Source: Lama glama (taxonomy: Eukaryota). Taken from it: DNA of 64,000 nucleotides. Under the pieces are notes generated by a model. That model saw nothing but the letters and a program-made list of their open reading frames with translations, was not told the origin of the DNA and ran no database searches. Positions 62,871 through 64,000 of this stretch are shown here, piece after piece (positions within the stretch are counted from its first letter, which is position 1; each line of letters begins with the position of its first letter). Made by a program: the position numbers and the translations under genes. The stretch covers positions 12,216,001 to 12,280,000 of the forward strand of contig CM052818.1 of assembly GCA_028534125.1 (NCBI GenBank), written 5' to 3'.

Positions 62871-64000
62871 CAAGCATCTTTATAGGCCAGTGTAATCCTT
62901 TCTTTACGGGTGAGAAATTATAGTCACATACTAGGCCTGAATGTTTGATTTTTCATTTATCTCTAGTAATTAATTACAGTGGAGCTGACAGATGTTGAAA
63001 GATGTTTTGATATACATGAAGCTTAGCAGCTCCTGTAAATCTGAAGAAGTTCAAGTCCTCAACCTGATAACTTCAGAGTCTGTTATAACTTATGCTTATT
63101 AAATTGGCTCCAGGTTTTATTTTTCAGAGAAGTCCTCAAATAACTCCTTTTCCAAGATATGTGCAGTGTTAGCCAGACCTCCTCGCAGAGAACAGCTCTT
63201 TCAAATTGTCATGGTATGACTGGGGCAAACATACAGCCTGGTTTGCTCATGCTAGAAGTAATTAATACTAGTGCCCACTTTGTGCTCTCAAAAGGTGCAG
63301 ATTTGGATAATAAATTATATGCCCACACTAGATTTAAAAGGCCAAGATTCATAGTATTTGGAAGGAAGAAAAATTGGTGTGATATTACATATTCACGTAC
63401 TCTGCCCCTCACCAAGGAAAGTATTCCATTTGTCATCAAACGTTTTCCCCCTACTCTTTGGTTTGAAGGATGTCATTTCTGTTTTGTTTAGAAGTATATT
63501 CAGGGTGTTTTAGCTTGGCAATTGTAGAAAAAATTACAATCTTCTATAATTTAATTAATGAATGCTATACACACTTATCTCAGGATTTCCTATGGTAGAG
63601 TAAGGAAACCTCTTTATGTTAATGCGTTTTAATGGTTAATCCTGCAAAAATTTACATTTATTCTTTCACTATTATTTGCCTATAAATGTCTGCAAATATA
63701 AATAACCTACAGAAGATATCTTTGATATGCCAACTAAATATATTTGTGCGAGGATATTACTCCTGTGGAATGCTGTCAAAAGTTTTATAGTAACTAGCCA
63801 ATGATCTTTGTATTAATTTCCATATATCATCAGTCATTTAATTCTTACTTTAGAGAAAGGTATGCTCTTCTTTGGTGAGATTTACAGATAACTACATCTA
63901 TTTTCTAATTTGTTTTCTGTTTTATAGTAAAAAGTTTGATCTTTAGTTTCTCTATTCTGGAAATTGGATGATTAGAAAGCTGATTAGACATCAGATCAGA

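Noticed and set aside
63854..63859. Possible 6-nt microexon AGAAAG between tttag and gtatgc
   Set aside because: Modest splice signals and no upstream TGC motif typical of neural microexons.

Overview
AT-rich, CpG-depleted placental-mammal DNA, apparently non-coding. I recognise no intact protein-coding gene, RNA gene or CRISPR array. The only recognisable translations in the ORF track are decayed LINE-1 ORF2/ORF1 fragments. The first ~33 kb is TE-poor (old MIR, L2, MER5 and MER58 remnants, one ~1 kb younger L1) and holds several motif-dense, locally CpG-retaining blocks that look like developmental enhancers. The last ~30 kb is mostly nested L1s of different ages with MLT1, MLT2 and MER21 LTRs, MER58B and MADE2-like MITEs. 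Most L1 sequence is on the minus strand, which would fit an intron of a large plus-strand gene, but I cannot name the gene. The youngest L1 3' ends and the lack of recognisable young SINEs suggest a laurasiatherian, possibly camelid, genome (inference). I found no convincing novel biological system. The best observations are a 95-bp L1 micro-insertion with a perfect 19-bp TSD and an apparent short 3' transduction, two abutting 12-bp palindromes (double E-box plus RFX X-box), several enhancer-like motif clusters, and a few cryptic-exon candidates. Repeat subfamily names come from recalled consensus sequences, not a database search. Boundaries of old elements are approximate.
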